Positions 1-11,599 of a stretch of 64,000 nt of DNA are shown here, in pieces. Both the position numbers and the translations under genes were made by a program. Numbering within the stretch: the stretch's first letter is position 1; each line of letters opens with the position of its first letter. Source of the DNA: Octopus vulgaris (lineage: Eukaryota); assembly GCA_951406725.2 (NCBI GenBank), contig OX597835.1:1860001-1924000 (forward strand). Direction: 5' to 3'. The notes below the pieces were generated by a model. That model ran no database searches. It was not told the DNA's origin and saw nothing but the letters and a program-made list of their open reading frames with translations.

Positions 1-600
1 TATTGACCCTAGAGGGATGAAAAGCAAGGATGATTAGAATAGGATTTTAGCTCAGAATTGAAGAAAAAAGCAAAAGAAATGCTACACAGCATATTTTTCC
101 TCCACTCAAACAATTCTGCTAGCTTTCTGCCAACACTCATTGAAGTATGCAGATTGTGGAGAAATCGATCAGAACAACAACAACAACAGCAAAACTAACT
201 AAATTATACAATAAGTGTAGAACAGTCAAAGATGTTGTTTAAACACTTCTAAAATATTGGTTTCAAATTTTGGCAGCAGCTAGCAATTTCAAAGGAGGTG
301 TAAATTGATTATATTGACCCAGTACTCAACCAGAACTTATTTTATCGATCCCGAAAGAATGAAAGGCAAAGTTGACCCTGGCAGCATCTGAACTCAGATT
401 ATAAAGATGCATGAAATGCCACTAAGCAGCAGCAACAACAACAACAACTGTAATAAGCCTTCCTGCTCTTGGTACAAGGCCTGAAATTTTGTGGGAAGGA
501 GTTAGTTATACCAATTCTAGTGCTGGTACTTATTTCATCAATCCCGAAAGGATGAAAGACAAGTCGACCAGCAATGATTCTGCCTGCTCACCTCCTTTCA
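1..600 (-). mobile_element. Three decayed fragments of a tRNA-derived SINE with a Nin/Deu-like domain
   Basis: Repeated acttatttt.atcgatcccgaaaggatgaaaggcaaagttgacc...gaactcaga motif near 1, 330 and 525; same family as 46909-47052. Confidence 0.7.
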
Positions 601-648
601 ATAATTCTAAAATATTCTTCATAATTCTGTATTGGAAATAATCCAATC

Positions 649-1381
649 TGGATTTTTTCTGTTTGGCTGTCAACGTCAATTTCTGTTCAAATTGATTTCA
701 TACTCAGTGTAAAGATACACTTTTATAGGCTAATCCATGCCATGAAAACCATTTTCTCCATAAATCAATAAATATAGAGTTATTAGCTATTAAAGTTTGA
801 AAATGTTGGGTAATTTTAGCCAATCGTAAGCCACAGACACATTCATGCCTGTTTCCATGGTAACAAGCCGAACATGAGCACTCTTTTGTCTGCAAGAAAG
901 CATGTGTTGATAAGTATATCGAAGCCAGTTGTTGATGCTGTATTTCTACTATTTTACCAATCTGTGTGATTTTGTTTTTCAGTAAATCTTTTAAGTTTGT
1001 TTTTATAAGTTTCTTATTTTGAGAAATATTTGATTTGTAATGTGTTGTTTATGACATTAAATGCATATTGAATACTCAAAACTACAAAAGATGTGTTGTT
1101 TATTTGTTTTCCATGTGTAGAATACTAATGTTGACAACATGCTATTTTCAGGATGTTGATAAAATGTGCAGTCACGCACAAAATACAGCTTCCAAATCCT
1201 GTTTCCTGACTGGGTGAAAATGATCAAAGTTTAAACCTCTATAATTTTTTTAAAAATTTTTCTGGAAAAATTGAAATAACTCCAGCAATTCAGCTTAGAA
1301 AACTACATTAATGTACCAAATTTTAAAATCTTCAATAATCTTTAATTTTTGAAACCTTGACAGCCAAACAGAAAAAATCCA
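649..1381. mobile_element. Non-autonomous DNA transposon (MITE-like) with ~28-bp TIRs
   Basis: tggattttttctgtttggctgtcaa at 649 is the reverse complement of ttgacagccaaacagaaaaaatcca ending at 1381. Confidence 0.75.
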
Positions 1382-1510
1382 ATTTATGGCATTAGATCCA
1401 TTTAATCACAGCAAGTAGATTCTCATTGGTGTAACCTCAAAATTGGTGTTGCCATTAGTGGTGGTCGTGGAGGTGGTGCTGTTGCTGGTGTTGTTATTGT
1501 TGTTAAAGTG

Positions 1511-1612
1511 ATTGCTGCAAGAATTGTTAGCACTTCAGACAAAATGCTTTGCAATATTTTATCCGATTTTATGTTCTGAGTTCAGATTCCACCAAGGTGA
1601 CTTGCCCTTCAT
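1511..1612 (+). mobile_element. 5' part of a Nin-like tRNA SINE, abutting the Gypsy remnant
   Basis: gaattgttagcac...aaatgct...ttctgagttcagattcc...gacttgcccttcat. Confidence 0.55.
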
Positions 1613-3191
1613 GTGTGGAGTGGAAGAAGAAGACTGTAAAAGAGACGGATTACTGGCGCAGAGTTCCATGCTGAGTTTGACGGTGAGAGATGGATGGTGG
1701 AATACTTCTAGAAAGGAGAACTTCCTGTACTGAGAAACAGGGTGACCTGCTACGAAAATACCCAGAAAGGAAAAGCCGGGTTTGAGTTCAAGACAGAGGT
1801 GAACAGGTGGATAGAGGAAGGCATTCTGATGCCATGGAATGAGGAGATGACAGACAGTGTGCTGCTGTTGATGGCTGTAGGTCATAGAGATGGGGATTAC
1901 GAACTGTCAAGGTCTGAACTGATTCTACCACAGTGTGAGGGTGGGTGGAATCAGCGATCACCAACCAGAAGAGGATTCGCACGAAGCGGGCCACAGAAAT
2001 AGTGATTAAGCATCACCTGAAAATCCTGCGGGAGCTAGCTGCTGAGTTCAACCCAGAGTTGCATGTGGTGTTGATGCCCTCAGAAAAGAATAAGGCAGAC
2101 ATTCTAACCAGAGTGAAAAGGCAGTCATTGGAAACAGCAGAGGATGTTCCAAGTGGGGCAGCAGCAGTTTGTCGAGCGGAGGGCACAGAACTAAGGATGC
2201 TGCACAACATGCACCACACGGGGGTTGACAAGACATTGTTTTTAGTTAGTATGGTCGACTCCGATGTCACCAGGGGCTAGTGGGAAATTGCAGCAGGTGC
2301 CAATTGAGTGATCCTGCCCCAAACATACACTAACCAGGAAAGATTCAGGTAAAGAAAGACTGGAAGAGGCTTTCCATTGATGTGATGCACCGTCAGGGGA
2401 AAGGTATACTTTTCAATGGCCGACTATGGACCGGGGTGAATGGCTATATGGACAGGGATCAGGGCGGACACTGCTGCCAACGTCACAGAAGTGCTGGAAA
2501 GAGGGCCTGTTGGTGGGCAACAGCACAGTTTTTCACTCAGAGCAGCTGAGAAAGATGCTTGAAAGGTGGAGCACAAAACGTTCTTTCAGAGCTGCATACA
2601 GGCCACCAGGTAGAAACAGGATTGTGGAACGGCACCAGTCTATGGTTAAAGCCATGGCTGAGAGAGAACGGATCTCCACTGTGGAGACAGTCTTCTGATA
2701 GAACATGTTGCCCAGGGTAGGGCAGGCTGAAGAGCCAGTCCCATACAGATGGAGACACCAAAGCATCCAGAGGTGGAAGGAACTACATGTGTGCAGGTTG
2801 GAGACGAAGTGTGGGTGAAGCCCCCAATGTCCGGTGCAGAACGTAGTGGGAAAAAGGAAAGGTGACTGGGATCAGTGCTCTGAATAATGTAGTATCAGTG
2901 GATGGAATGCTGCGTCACATTCCGGATATTTGAAGGGTGCTTAGCTCTTCCGATGATGGAGAAGGTGGCCTCGTGACCCTATGGAAATTTCAATGGGTAT
3001 GTCGCCCCCTCCCCACCCCAGGTGGACGAATGATTAGGAGACACAGCAGGGGAGCAGTGATCTTTGGATTAGGGGTGCACGTGGTGGAAGGAGAGATGAC
3101 ATCATGTTGACGAGTGAGAACAAAAGTTTCCTCCTTTTTCATGCAATCTGCCACAGAGGCTAGACGTGGCGACAGAGAAATTGGTACAACA
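1613..3191 (+). mobile_element. Decayed Gypsy-like LTR retrotransposon pol remnant (RT start, RNase H, integrase) with possible 3' LTR at ~3058-3191
   Basis: Frameshifted peptides EVNRWIEEGILMPW, SEKNKADILTRV, LHNMHHTGVDKT (integrase HHCC), WKRLSIDV, NRIVERHQSMVK and VGDEVWVKP; purine tract before a TG...ACA segment. Confidence 0.75.
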
Positions 3192-3279
3192 TGTGTTAAG
3201 AACTGAACAATCTGCAATCGGGTAATGACTGCAAGTCAAGGTAAGAACAACTTTATTCATCTGCCTTCGAAGCACAGAA

Positions 3280-4170
3280 AATCGACAAAATTTGGCATCG
3301 TGTCATAATCAAATACCTGCAGAAAAAAGGGTTTAGTTTCCAAGGACATTCATGCTGACTTGATTGATACATTAGGGGATGACGGTCCAGCTTTATCAAC
3401 AGTGCAAAAGGGGACAGCTGAATTTAGTGGGGGAAGAGAGAGTCTTGAGAAGATCCAGGGTCTAGACATTGTGCAGCTGGCACCAGCAAGGAAAACATTG
3501 ATTGTGTTCACCTCATGGTGATGGATGACAGGCGATTGACTATAGAGCAAATAGTCAATGCTATTAGCATACCCTGTGAGAGAGTGGAGAATATTCTGCA
3601 CAATGAACTTGGCATGATGAAGGTTTCTTCTGCTCGATGGGTGCCACGTCTTCTCACACTTGATCAAAAGGGCTCCAGGCTGATCACATTCCGGGAATAT
3701 CTGACATTGAGGCAGATCCAGTTTGCTTCCTTGAATGTTTCCTAACCCAGGATGTGTGTTGGCTTCATCACTTTGAACCAGGAACAAAGAGGCAATCCAT
3801 GCAGCGGAAACACTCCTCTTTACCTGCTCCAAAGAAGGCAAGGTCGTTTCATCTGCAGGGAAGGTGATGGCCTCAGTTTTATGGAATGCAAAAAAGTACT
3901 GTGTTTATTGACTATCTTCAAAATAATCCCAGCATCAATGGAGAGTACAATGGCAACCTGCTAAGGCAGTTACAAAAGGCTATCAGGTCCAAACGCCCAG
4001 AAAAACTGATGAAGTGGGTTTTGTGGTTCATTAGGACAATGCTTCAGCACACAAGTCCTTGCTTTCAATGGTTGCTGTGCATGCCTGGCTTTGAACTGGT
4101 TGATGATCACCCTGCTTAGTTTAGTGATTTGGTTCCATCTAGTGTCTGTTTCCAAACATGAAAAAACACT
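3280..4170 (+). mobile_element. Decayed mariner transposase
   Basis: DIHADLIDTLGDDGPALSTVQK, DDRRLTIEQI...SARWVPRLLT, SAGKVMASV, FIDYLQNNPSINGEY and HQDNA/HPAYS remnants across frameshifts. Confidence 0.85.
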
Positions 4171-4599
4171 TGATTGAGCAAGTTTTATTATACCTGCATT
4201 TGTATTAATATTAACATTGAAAAAATCCATGTTTGCGTAAAAGACAAACAACCTTGTACCTCAGCTTGCACCCCCACCCCCGAGCAAAATTTGTTCCCAG
4301 TCCACTGCACATGTGGGTGAAAAGAAAGAAAGAAAGAAAGTTTAATTCTAGAACAAAATGAGTCACATTTTCTGGGCTAAGTTAACGGCAATGAATTGGT
4401 TTCCAGTTTCATGAGTCCCAGACGTTTTATAAAGATTTTAATGTATTTCCATGATCATGCACGCACACACACACACACGTATATATATACATGAGCTTGC
4501 ATGTAGGCCTATACACATGTATGCCTATGAGCTCATAAATGCATGTGCGCGCGCACACGCACATTCTTCGTTGTATTCGCTTCTGCATAGTTGTTAGGA

Positions 4600-4835
4600 A
4601 GGGAACCCGGACAAAGCAACAGGAGGAGGGAAAACATGATGGAGAGGAAAATCAAGCAAATAGAGAGAGGGGGAGAAAGAGAAGAGAGGAAAAGAATGGG
4701 GAGGAAGGGGTAAGGGAGGATAGAGATAAGGAGGTGGAAGGGGGATGAAGATAAAAATAGAGAAGAGAGACAAGAGAGAGAGAAAGAAAGAGAATGGACA
4801 GAGAGAGAGAGATGCATGAAAGAAAGAAAGAAAGA
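4600..4835. repeat. GA/purine-rich low-complexity tract
   Basis: Runs of gagag/ggaa/aaag; explains spurious Ser/Leu- and Glu/Arg-rich ORFs. Confidence 0.7.
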
Positions 4836-5397
4836 GCTAATGTGTAAAACCTATTAAAATATGGAGGATCTAAACAGAAAAGCAAGGGTTGGGGGGGGGG
4901 GGTCGAGATGCAAAGTTATAAATAGAACAAGTGAAAAGCGAGTAAATGAATTGCCAAATGTTATCTATGGAAGATCAAAGGGAAAATAAAGTAATAATTA
5001 CATCAGTGTTTAGTATGGAATGTTCTGCTGGTTGAATTGGTAATCGATATTTGATTGATCGATATCTTATAGGTTAATAAATAATATAGCTGTAGCAATT
5101 GGGTGTGGTGGTCACGGTGGAGATGGTGGACAACTAGAAATATTAGAGTGTTGGATAAAATATTCATGCTCCTTTAAATTCTGAGTTCAAATCCTACCAA
5201 ATGCAAAGGTTGTTATTCATCCCTCAAAGGGAGACAAAATAAAGCATCAGTCGAATCCTGAAGTCGATTTACATTCCTTTCAAGCATTTTAGGTATGAAC
5301 GTAATTATAATATAGATGACTTATAGGTTGCATGGTTGGATGGTTGGCTGGTCGTTTTGGATGGTTGATTGGTTGGTCAGATGGTTGTTTAGTTGAA

Positions 5398-5555
5398 TAG
5401 GCATGGCCATGTGGGGAAAAGTTTGCTTTCCAGCCACTTGATTCGGGGTTCCATCTCACAGCATGGCAAGTGTCTCCTACTATAGCCGCAGGCTGATTAA
5501 AGTCTTGTAAGTGAATATAGCAGATGGAAAATGAGAGAAGCCCATCAGATATATA
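5398..5555 (+). mobile_element. Decayed CORE-like tRNA SINE fragment
   Basis: ggcaagtgtctcctactatagcc...gaagcccatc matches the 10993 family. Confidence 0.6.
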
Positions 5556-6833
5556 TTGGACCATCCCATAAATAAGTTTTTTATGCTTCTTTTATTTTTC
5601 AAAATTAAGATAAATTTCTTTTTTAATCTAAAATATACTCTCCCTCATTTTCTTCAATGCTCTTCCATCTCTCTGGTAGACTTGCAAGACTTCCTTGCCA
5701 AAATTCACTTCTCCTTGATGAAAAATACTCCTCCAGTACTGTTCTGACCTCGTCTACAGAATTCATATTTTTTCCATCCAAATGATTTTGATGACTGCAG
5801 CATAAATGGTAATCAGATGGGGCAATGTCTGGTGAATATGGTGGGTGGGGCATTGTTTCTCATTCAAACTGCTCCAGCCTTTGGAATGTCATCTTCACTG
5901 AATGTGGCCAAGCATTATCCTGATGGAAGAACACCTTTCGTCTTGGAACCAAAGATGCTCAATTTTCTTCTGCCGCTGACTTAAGCCGCTCAAGCTGCTC
6001 ACAGTTGCTCTCCTTTGTCATTGTTTGGTTTGGGTTTAAAAGTTCAAAGTGGACCAAACCTTTCATATCCCACCAAACAGATTAACAACACCTCATGTGG
6101 GTAAAGACCTTCTTCAGCTTGGGGTGCTGGTGCTTCTCCTTTCTCTACTACCCACTGTTTTCGGTACTTGACATTTTTATAGAAAACCCATTTCTCATCC
6201 CCAGTCATTATTCAGTTCAAAAAAGGTTCATTTGTGAGACATGACAGCAAAGAAGAGCACACATTCAGTCTTTGTGCCTGATTAGACTTGGAAAGTTTGT
6301 GAGGAACCCATTAACCCAGTTTGCTGACTTTTCCAATGGCACGCAAGTGTCAATGAATGGTTGAATGACCAAATCCAAGCTTCTCTACTAGTTCCACAAC
6401 AGTTACAATGGGATTTTGTTCCACCAGGGTTTGCAGGACATCCTTGTCAAGTTCTACGGATCATCCAGGATGAGACTCAACTTTTGGCTGTAATTTTTGG
6501 CTTGGAATTTCTGGAACCACCGTTTACACTGACTTATGCTTATTGTCCAGTCCCCATATACTGCATTCATAGTCCTCGCACTGTGCTGTTGCCTTTATTG
6601 AACTCATAAAACAAAATATGCCGAATATGCTCCTTTGTCACTTCCATTATAGATTTGGAAAAAATAGTTGTTAAAATCGAACTGCACTCTTCAAAACTTG
6701 CACTAAGAATAAGGACAAGGTAAAATTACTGCCTGCTTTTATAGCAAGTTGATATGAGTAGTTTATCCCGTTCTCCTCTGACTTTTAGTTCATGCAATTG
6801 AAAAAAAACTGCATTATTTATGGGATGACACAA
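5556..6833 (-). mobile_element. Full-length (~1.28 kb) degraded mariner element with TIRs; transposase pseudogene 6647->5623
   Basis: TIR core catcccataaataa at the left end and ttatttatgggatg at the right; MEVTKEHIRHILFYEF start, WVPHKL, TGDEKWVFY, HQDNA and HPPYSPDIAPSDYHL (DD34D-type) motifs. Confidence 0.9.
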
Positions 6834-7029
6834 TGTTTGTGCGTGTGTGTGTGTGTTCATATGTATATATATGCATATGTGAGCACGCATGTGTGTATGT
6901 TATTCTCTCTCTCTCCATTTATCAATGAGTGTCATTATAATGCAAGCAGTGTTCTTCATTTTCAGTAGAAAATCTGCCTCGGCAGATCTTGTCCAACTCA
7001 TGCAAGCATGGAAAAGCAGGAATTTAAAA

Positions 7030-7140
7030 TGATGATGATGATGGTTGTTGTCATTGCTGTTGTTGTTGCTGTGGTGGTGGTGATAAATAATGACAACCAT
7101 GGCAATGATGCTGATGATGGTGGTGGTGGAGGTGATGATA
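7030..7140. repeat. (GAT/GTT/GGT)n trinucleotide microsatellite
   Basis: Direct inspection. Confidence 0.7.
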
Positions 7141-7687
7141 TATCTAACAACTCCTTTTATTTTGGATGTACAGTTTCACAGGAAACTGAGAAAGTGTGGA
7201 AGGGACCAGCATAAAGGGAGACAGACAGACAGACAGACAGGCAGAGAGGAGTTAGAAGAGGAAAGGGGACGGAGAAATAGATGGGGAGAGAGACTGGCTT
7301 AGGAAGTATGATTAACATTACTGATCCAGATCAGAGTTATTGAGTTGTTAAATGACCAAACTGCTGTTCATTGTTTGAATGGTGAGCAAAGCCTAGGCTC
7401 CAAGGAGACACTAAACATATAAATATACAAAACAAGATATTTTTAGGAACCAACCAATCACCTGCATTCTGCCATGTCTGGGAAGGAAACTTTTTATATT
7501 CTTTTTATTTTTGCAATCAGATTTTTATTGTATGCATTGTACATACATGTGTGTGCATGTATGTGTGTGTGTGTGATCTTCATGTTTGTATGTATAGATG
7601 TGTGTATGCATGCATGTAAATATTCTATAATCTGTTCATGTATGTATAGGATGTATAGGTACGGGCATATTGGTATTGTTATGCCAG

Positions 7688-7960
7688 CATCATCATCGTC
7701 ATCAATCAGACACAACCACCACCATCCCACCACCACTACCCATCACCCTCACCACCATCCCCCATTCTGCCATTTCCACTAACATCAACACCACCATCCC
7801 CCATGTCCACCATCAGCACCCTCCCACTAGTTCCACCCTTACATTACAATCATCATCATCCTTATCATCGTCATAGTCATTGTTGTCATCATTGTCATCG
7901 TCAGCGGCAGCATCATTGTCGTCATCCTCCTCCTCCTCATCCATTTTCTTCCTCATCATA
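7688..7960. repeat. (CAT/CAC/TCC)n degenerate trinucleotide tract
   Basis: Direct inspection; source of His/Ser-rich pseudo-ORFs. Confidence 0.7.
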
Positions 7961-8335
7961 CCTTTGTTTCCCCAATGCCAGCATGAGCTAAAAATACCTC
8001 ACATCTTTCTTCATCTGACACACTCAGCAACAGAGAAAACGTCTACCCTTTGTGGTTCTATTTACTGTACTATATTCTTTCTTTCTTTTGGTCAGTACTT
8101 TTATAAGTGGCTGCCCTTCCTATCATGTGCCCTTTTACAACAAGATCTCCGTACATTTTATTGTGCAACTGTCACCAAAGTGGCAGGATTAAGGAGACGC
8201 ACCCCATTCTCTGCCATAAATCAGTTTATATTTGAAATTACTTTTCTCCCCAGATGGCTCACCTGCACGAGGCTTTCAGCGTTCATAGCTCTTCTCTTCA
8301 TTCTTTCATCTACCTATCTTTCTGTCTGTCTATCT

Positions 8336-8384
<49 letters not shown>

Positions 8385-8545
8385 CATACCATCCGGAGTG
8401 TATTATACATCCATTACAGCTGATCTTACCAATTGATTTTAATGTTAGGGATTCAACAGTGTGTTAGGTAACAATCCGATTATGTAACCCTGCACTCATC
8501 AGAGGTAGCCAATATGGAATGAAATATATATATATATATGCACTA

Positions 8546-8856
8546 GGTGCAGGAGTGGCTGTGTGCTAAGTAGATTGCTTACCAACCGCATGATTCTGGG
8601 TTCAGTCCTACTGCATGGTACCTTGGGCAAGTGTCTTCTACTATAGCCTCAGGCCAACCAAAGCCTTGTGAGTGGATTTGGTAGACGGAAAGTGAAAGAA
8701 GCCCATCGTATATATGTATATATGTGTGTGTGTGTTTTTGCCACCCCCCAACATCGCTGGACAACTGATGCTTGTGTGTTTACGTCCCTGTAACTTAGCG
8801 GTTTCGCAAAAGAGACCGATAAAATAAGTACTAGGCTTACAAAGACTAAGTGCTGG
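8546..8856 (+). mobile_element. CORE-like tRNA-derived SINE (Octopus-type), 3'-truncated
   Basis: A-box tggctgtgtgctaag, B-box gggttcagtcc, accttgggcaagtg core and internal (TA)/(TG) tract. Confidence 0.85.
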
Positions 8857-9699
8857 TATGTCTGCATGTGTTTTGTATGAATGCACACATATGTGTGTGT
8901 GTGTGTGTGTGCACATGCATCCATACATCTCTGTGAGTCTTCTTTTCTTTTTCGTATGCATATATTTGCATACTTTTTCTACCTTTGGACAGAATTTTCC
9001 ACAGGCATCAACACATGCTTTCTCACTCACAGATGTTCTGAAAATGAAAGTTTCCCAAATAAAGTGCCCTTTATATCCAGGGACTCAACAAAGAGGGGTC
9101 CACCACATCTCAATGAAGAAACAACCGTCAACTGATGAAGTTCATTATAGAACTTCGTTTTTCTCTGATTTATCTCTTTCTTCCTATTAACACTCTATAT
9201 TCGTGTGTGGGAGAGAGAGTGAGTGTGTGTCTGCATGTGAGTGAGGAAGAGAAAGAGAGGGGTGTGTGTATCTATGTGTGTGTGTGTATGTGCATGTGTG
9301 GGAGAGAGAGAGAGGGTGTGTTTGTCTGCGTGTGTGTGTATCTGTATGTGTGAGAGAGAATGTATGTCTGTCTGTGTGGGAACAGTTTAATGCAAAGGAA
9401 AATGAATGGATTATTTCCCTTGGATGTTGAATGAAAATATATGGGTTTACATGTGGACCTTCTAGGGGCCCTGGCCATCCAATTATAGATTTTTATTAAA
9501 CTGCAGTGTGCCTAGTAACAAACTGGATGTTACTTTAACAGGTTTAGACGGCAACTTGGCCCTGACAGCTCGCGTTCATATACTCTTTTACTTGTTTCAA
9601 TCATTTGACTGTGGCCATGCTGGAGCACTGCCTTTAGTCAAGCAAATCGACACCAGGACTTATATATATATATAGATTAGAAAGGGATTTCTCCAAATG

Positions 9700-9901
9700 C
9701 ACCTTTTTGATGTAAATAATTTTTGGTCTTAACATGATCCAATTTGAATTTTTTCTTCTACGGAGTGAAGAGCAAGCCTTCAATCATACACTCAATTTTG
9801 GTCAACTTGCGCCCCAGGGTCTCGGAGGAGACAGTGCTAGTTGAAGGCTACCAACACCTGCCACACACACACACAGACAACTTCAGCTTTATATATATAG
9901 A
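9700..9901 (-). mobile_element. 5' part of a non-autonomous Helitron-like element
   Basis: Minus strand starts A|TCTATATATATAAAGCTGAAGTTGTCTGTGTGTG, typical of short animal Helitron 5' ends; no 3' CTAG end seen. Confidence 0.5.
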
Positions 9902-10213
9902 TTAGAAAGGGATTTCTCCAAATGTTTAGACATGCACATTTGTACATTGTTTACTATTCATGTTCCAAATGAAGTTCAAGGCAGATTTTCTTTAGCTGAA
10001 TGCCTTTCCTTACTTTCTTACAAGCAAAGTACTATTTCCCCATAGACAGACATGTATTTACAGAAGACTGAAAATAGCTTGTATGACAATGACAAATATA
10101 CATAAATGCATCCCCGGAGCATGCTCCCACAAAAATGTTCTATTCTTTGACACCTGGTAACTCATTTTCATTGTTTTTTTAGCTTTAACCCATTACAAAT
10201 AAGTGGAGGGAAC

Positions 10214-10935
10214 CATGCTAAGCTTTAAATAAAGGAAACATCCTAAAATGCTGCTGGAAATTTGAAAACACAGTCAATGTGAAAAATTTTGAGGAGTTTC
10301 AAACAGATCCATCCATGTGACTTACCATTACTTACATAAGAGATAAGTTTGAAGCAGCTAAAATTGTTCAGAATGTCCACAAGAAATGTTCTGGGAGACC
10401 ATGGGCATCATTGAGCTTCAGAAACAAGAAAGGGCACGAAAAACATATTGCTAGTTCAAGAAAATCTGTGGTGAGCCTAGAAATTTCAAATGAAAACATC
10501 CCTCACACTTTCATGTCCTGTTAATTTATGAAGAGTTACAATATGGGGGTGGCTTATCAACATAAGGATTAAGTGTAGAATTCTTTTATTGATGGTATTC
10601 TGACTGGCACCATTTACTTGAACTTACTACAACAATCTGTCACGCCAAGCATCCATGTGGACTTTGAAGATGTGGAGTTTATTTCCAGCGATATAGGGCA
10701 CCCTTACATTACCGTAGTAATGTAAGGGTTTACTTTGATGAGATTTGGCTAAACTGGTGGGTCTGACAAAAGATTTAGGTGGAATACCCTCTGCCTTCAC
10801 CAGACCTTACACTATTAGACTTTTTTTTTTATAACAGGGTTACTTAAAACAAAGTAAACAGTACAAAACCAGCAACAGTCACTGAATCGAGAGCAGAAAT
10901 GCTGCAGGTTTCTTGGTGTTTGCGATTCCATTGCT
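10214..10935 (+). mobile_element. Decayed Tc1/mariner-superfamily transposase
   Basis: [35 protein letters not shown] and PSPDLTLLDFF remnants. Confidence 0.65.
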
Positions 10936-10992
10936 TGGACAAGAAGAATCAGCAGTTTGAAACCAAGCATTCATATAAAACTTCAATGTATA

Positions 10993-11382
10993 GGCGCAGG
11001 AGTGGCTGTGTGGTAAGTAGCTTGCTTACCAACCACATGGTTGTGGGTTCTGTCCCACTGCATGGCACCTTGGGCAAGTGTCTTCTACTATAGCCTCGGG
11101 CCGACCAAAGCCCTGTGAGTGGATTTGCTAGATGGAAACTGAAAGAAGCCCGTCGTATATATGTGTGTGTGTGTGTATATATATATATGTATGTATGTGT
11201 ATCTGTGTTTGTACCTCCAACATCACTTGACAACTGATGCTGGTGTGTTTATGTCCCCGTAACTTAGCGGTTCGGCAAAAAGAGACCAATAGAATAAGTA
11301 CTAGGCTTACAAAGAATAAGTCCTGGGGGTTGATTTGCTCGACTAAAGGCAGTGCTCCAGCATGGCCACAGTCACATGACTG
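10993..11382 (+). mobile_element. Near full-length CORE-like tRNA-derived SINE
   Basis: ggcgcaggagtggctgtgtggtaag ... ggcaccttgggcaagtgtc ... ctccagcatggccacagtc; more than ten related copies in the window. Confidence 0.9.
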
Positions 11383-11599
11383 TTAAGTCAAAGAGTATGT
11401 ATGCATTTTTATGAGACACCCTGATTATATAAACACATTTTATACAAATACACCAATGATTGATCCAAATGGTTTGCAGGAATGAGGAAATTTCTAATTC
11501 ATTCAACAGTATCTGCTTGATTAAAATCAATTCGTCACGTACAAGAGCCCTCTCCAAGCAAGCAAGTCTTCACACAAACTGTACTCCAACTGCCTTCCT

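Noticed and set aside
7880-8467. Longest ORF in the track (195 aa)
   Set aside because: Built from (TCA/TCC)n and (TA)n microsatellites with no recognisable domain.
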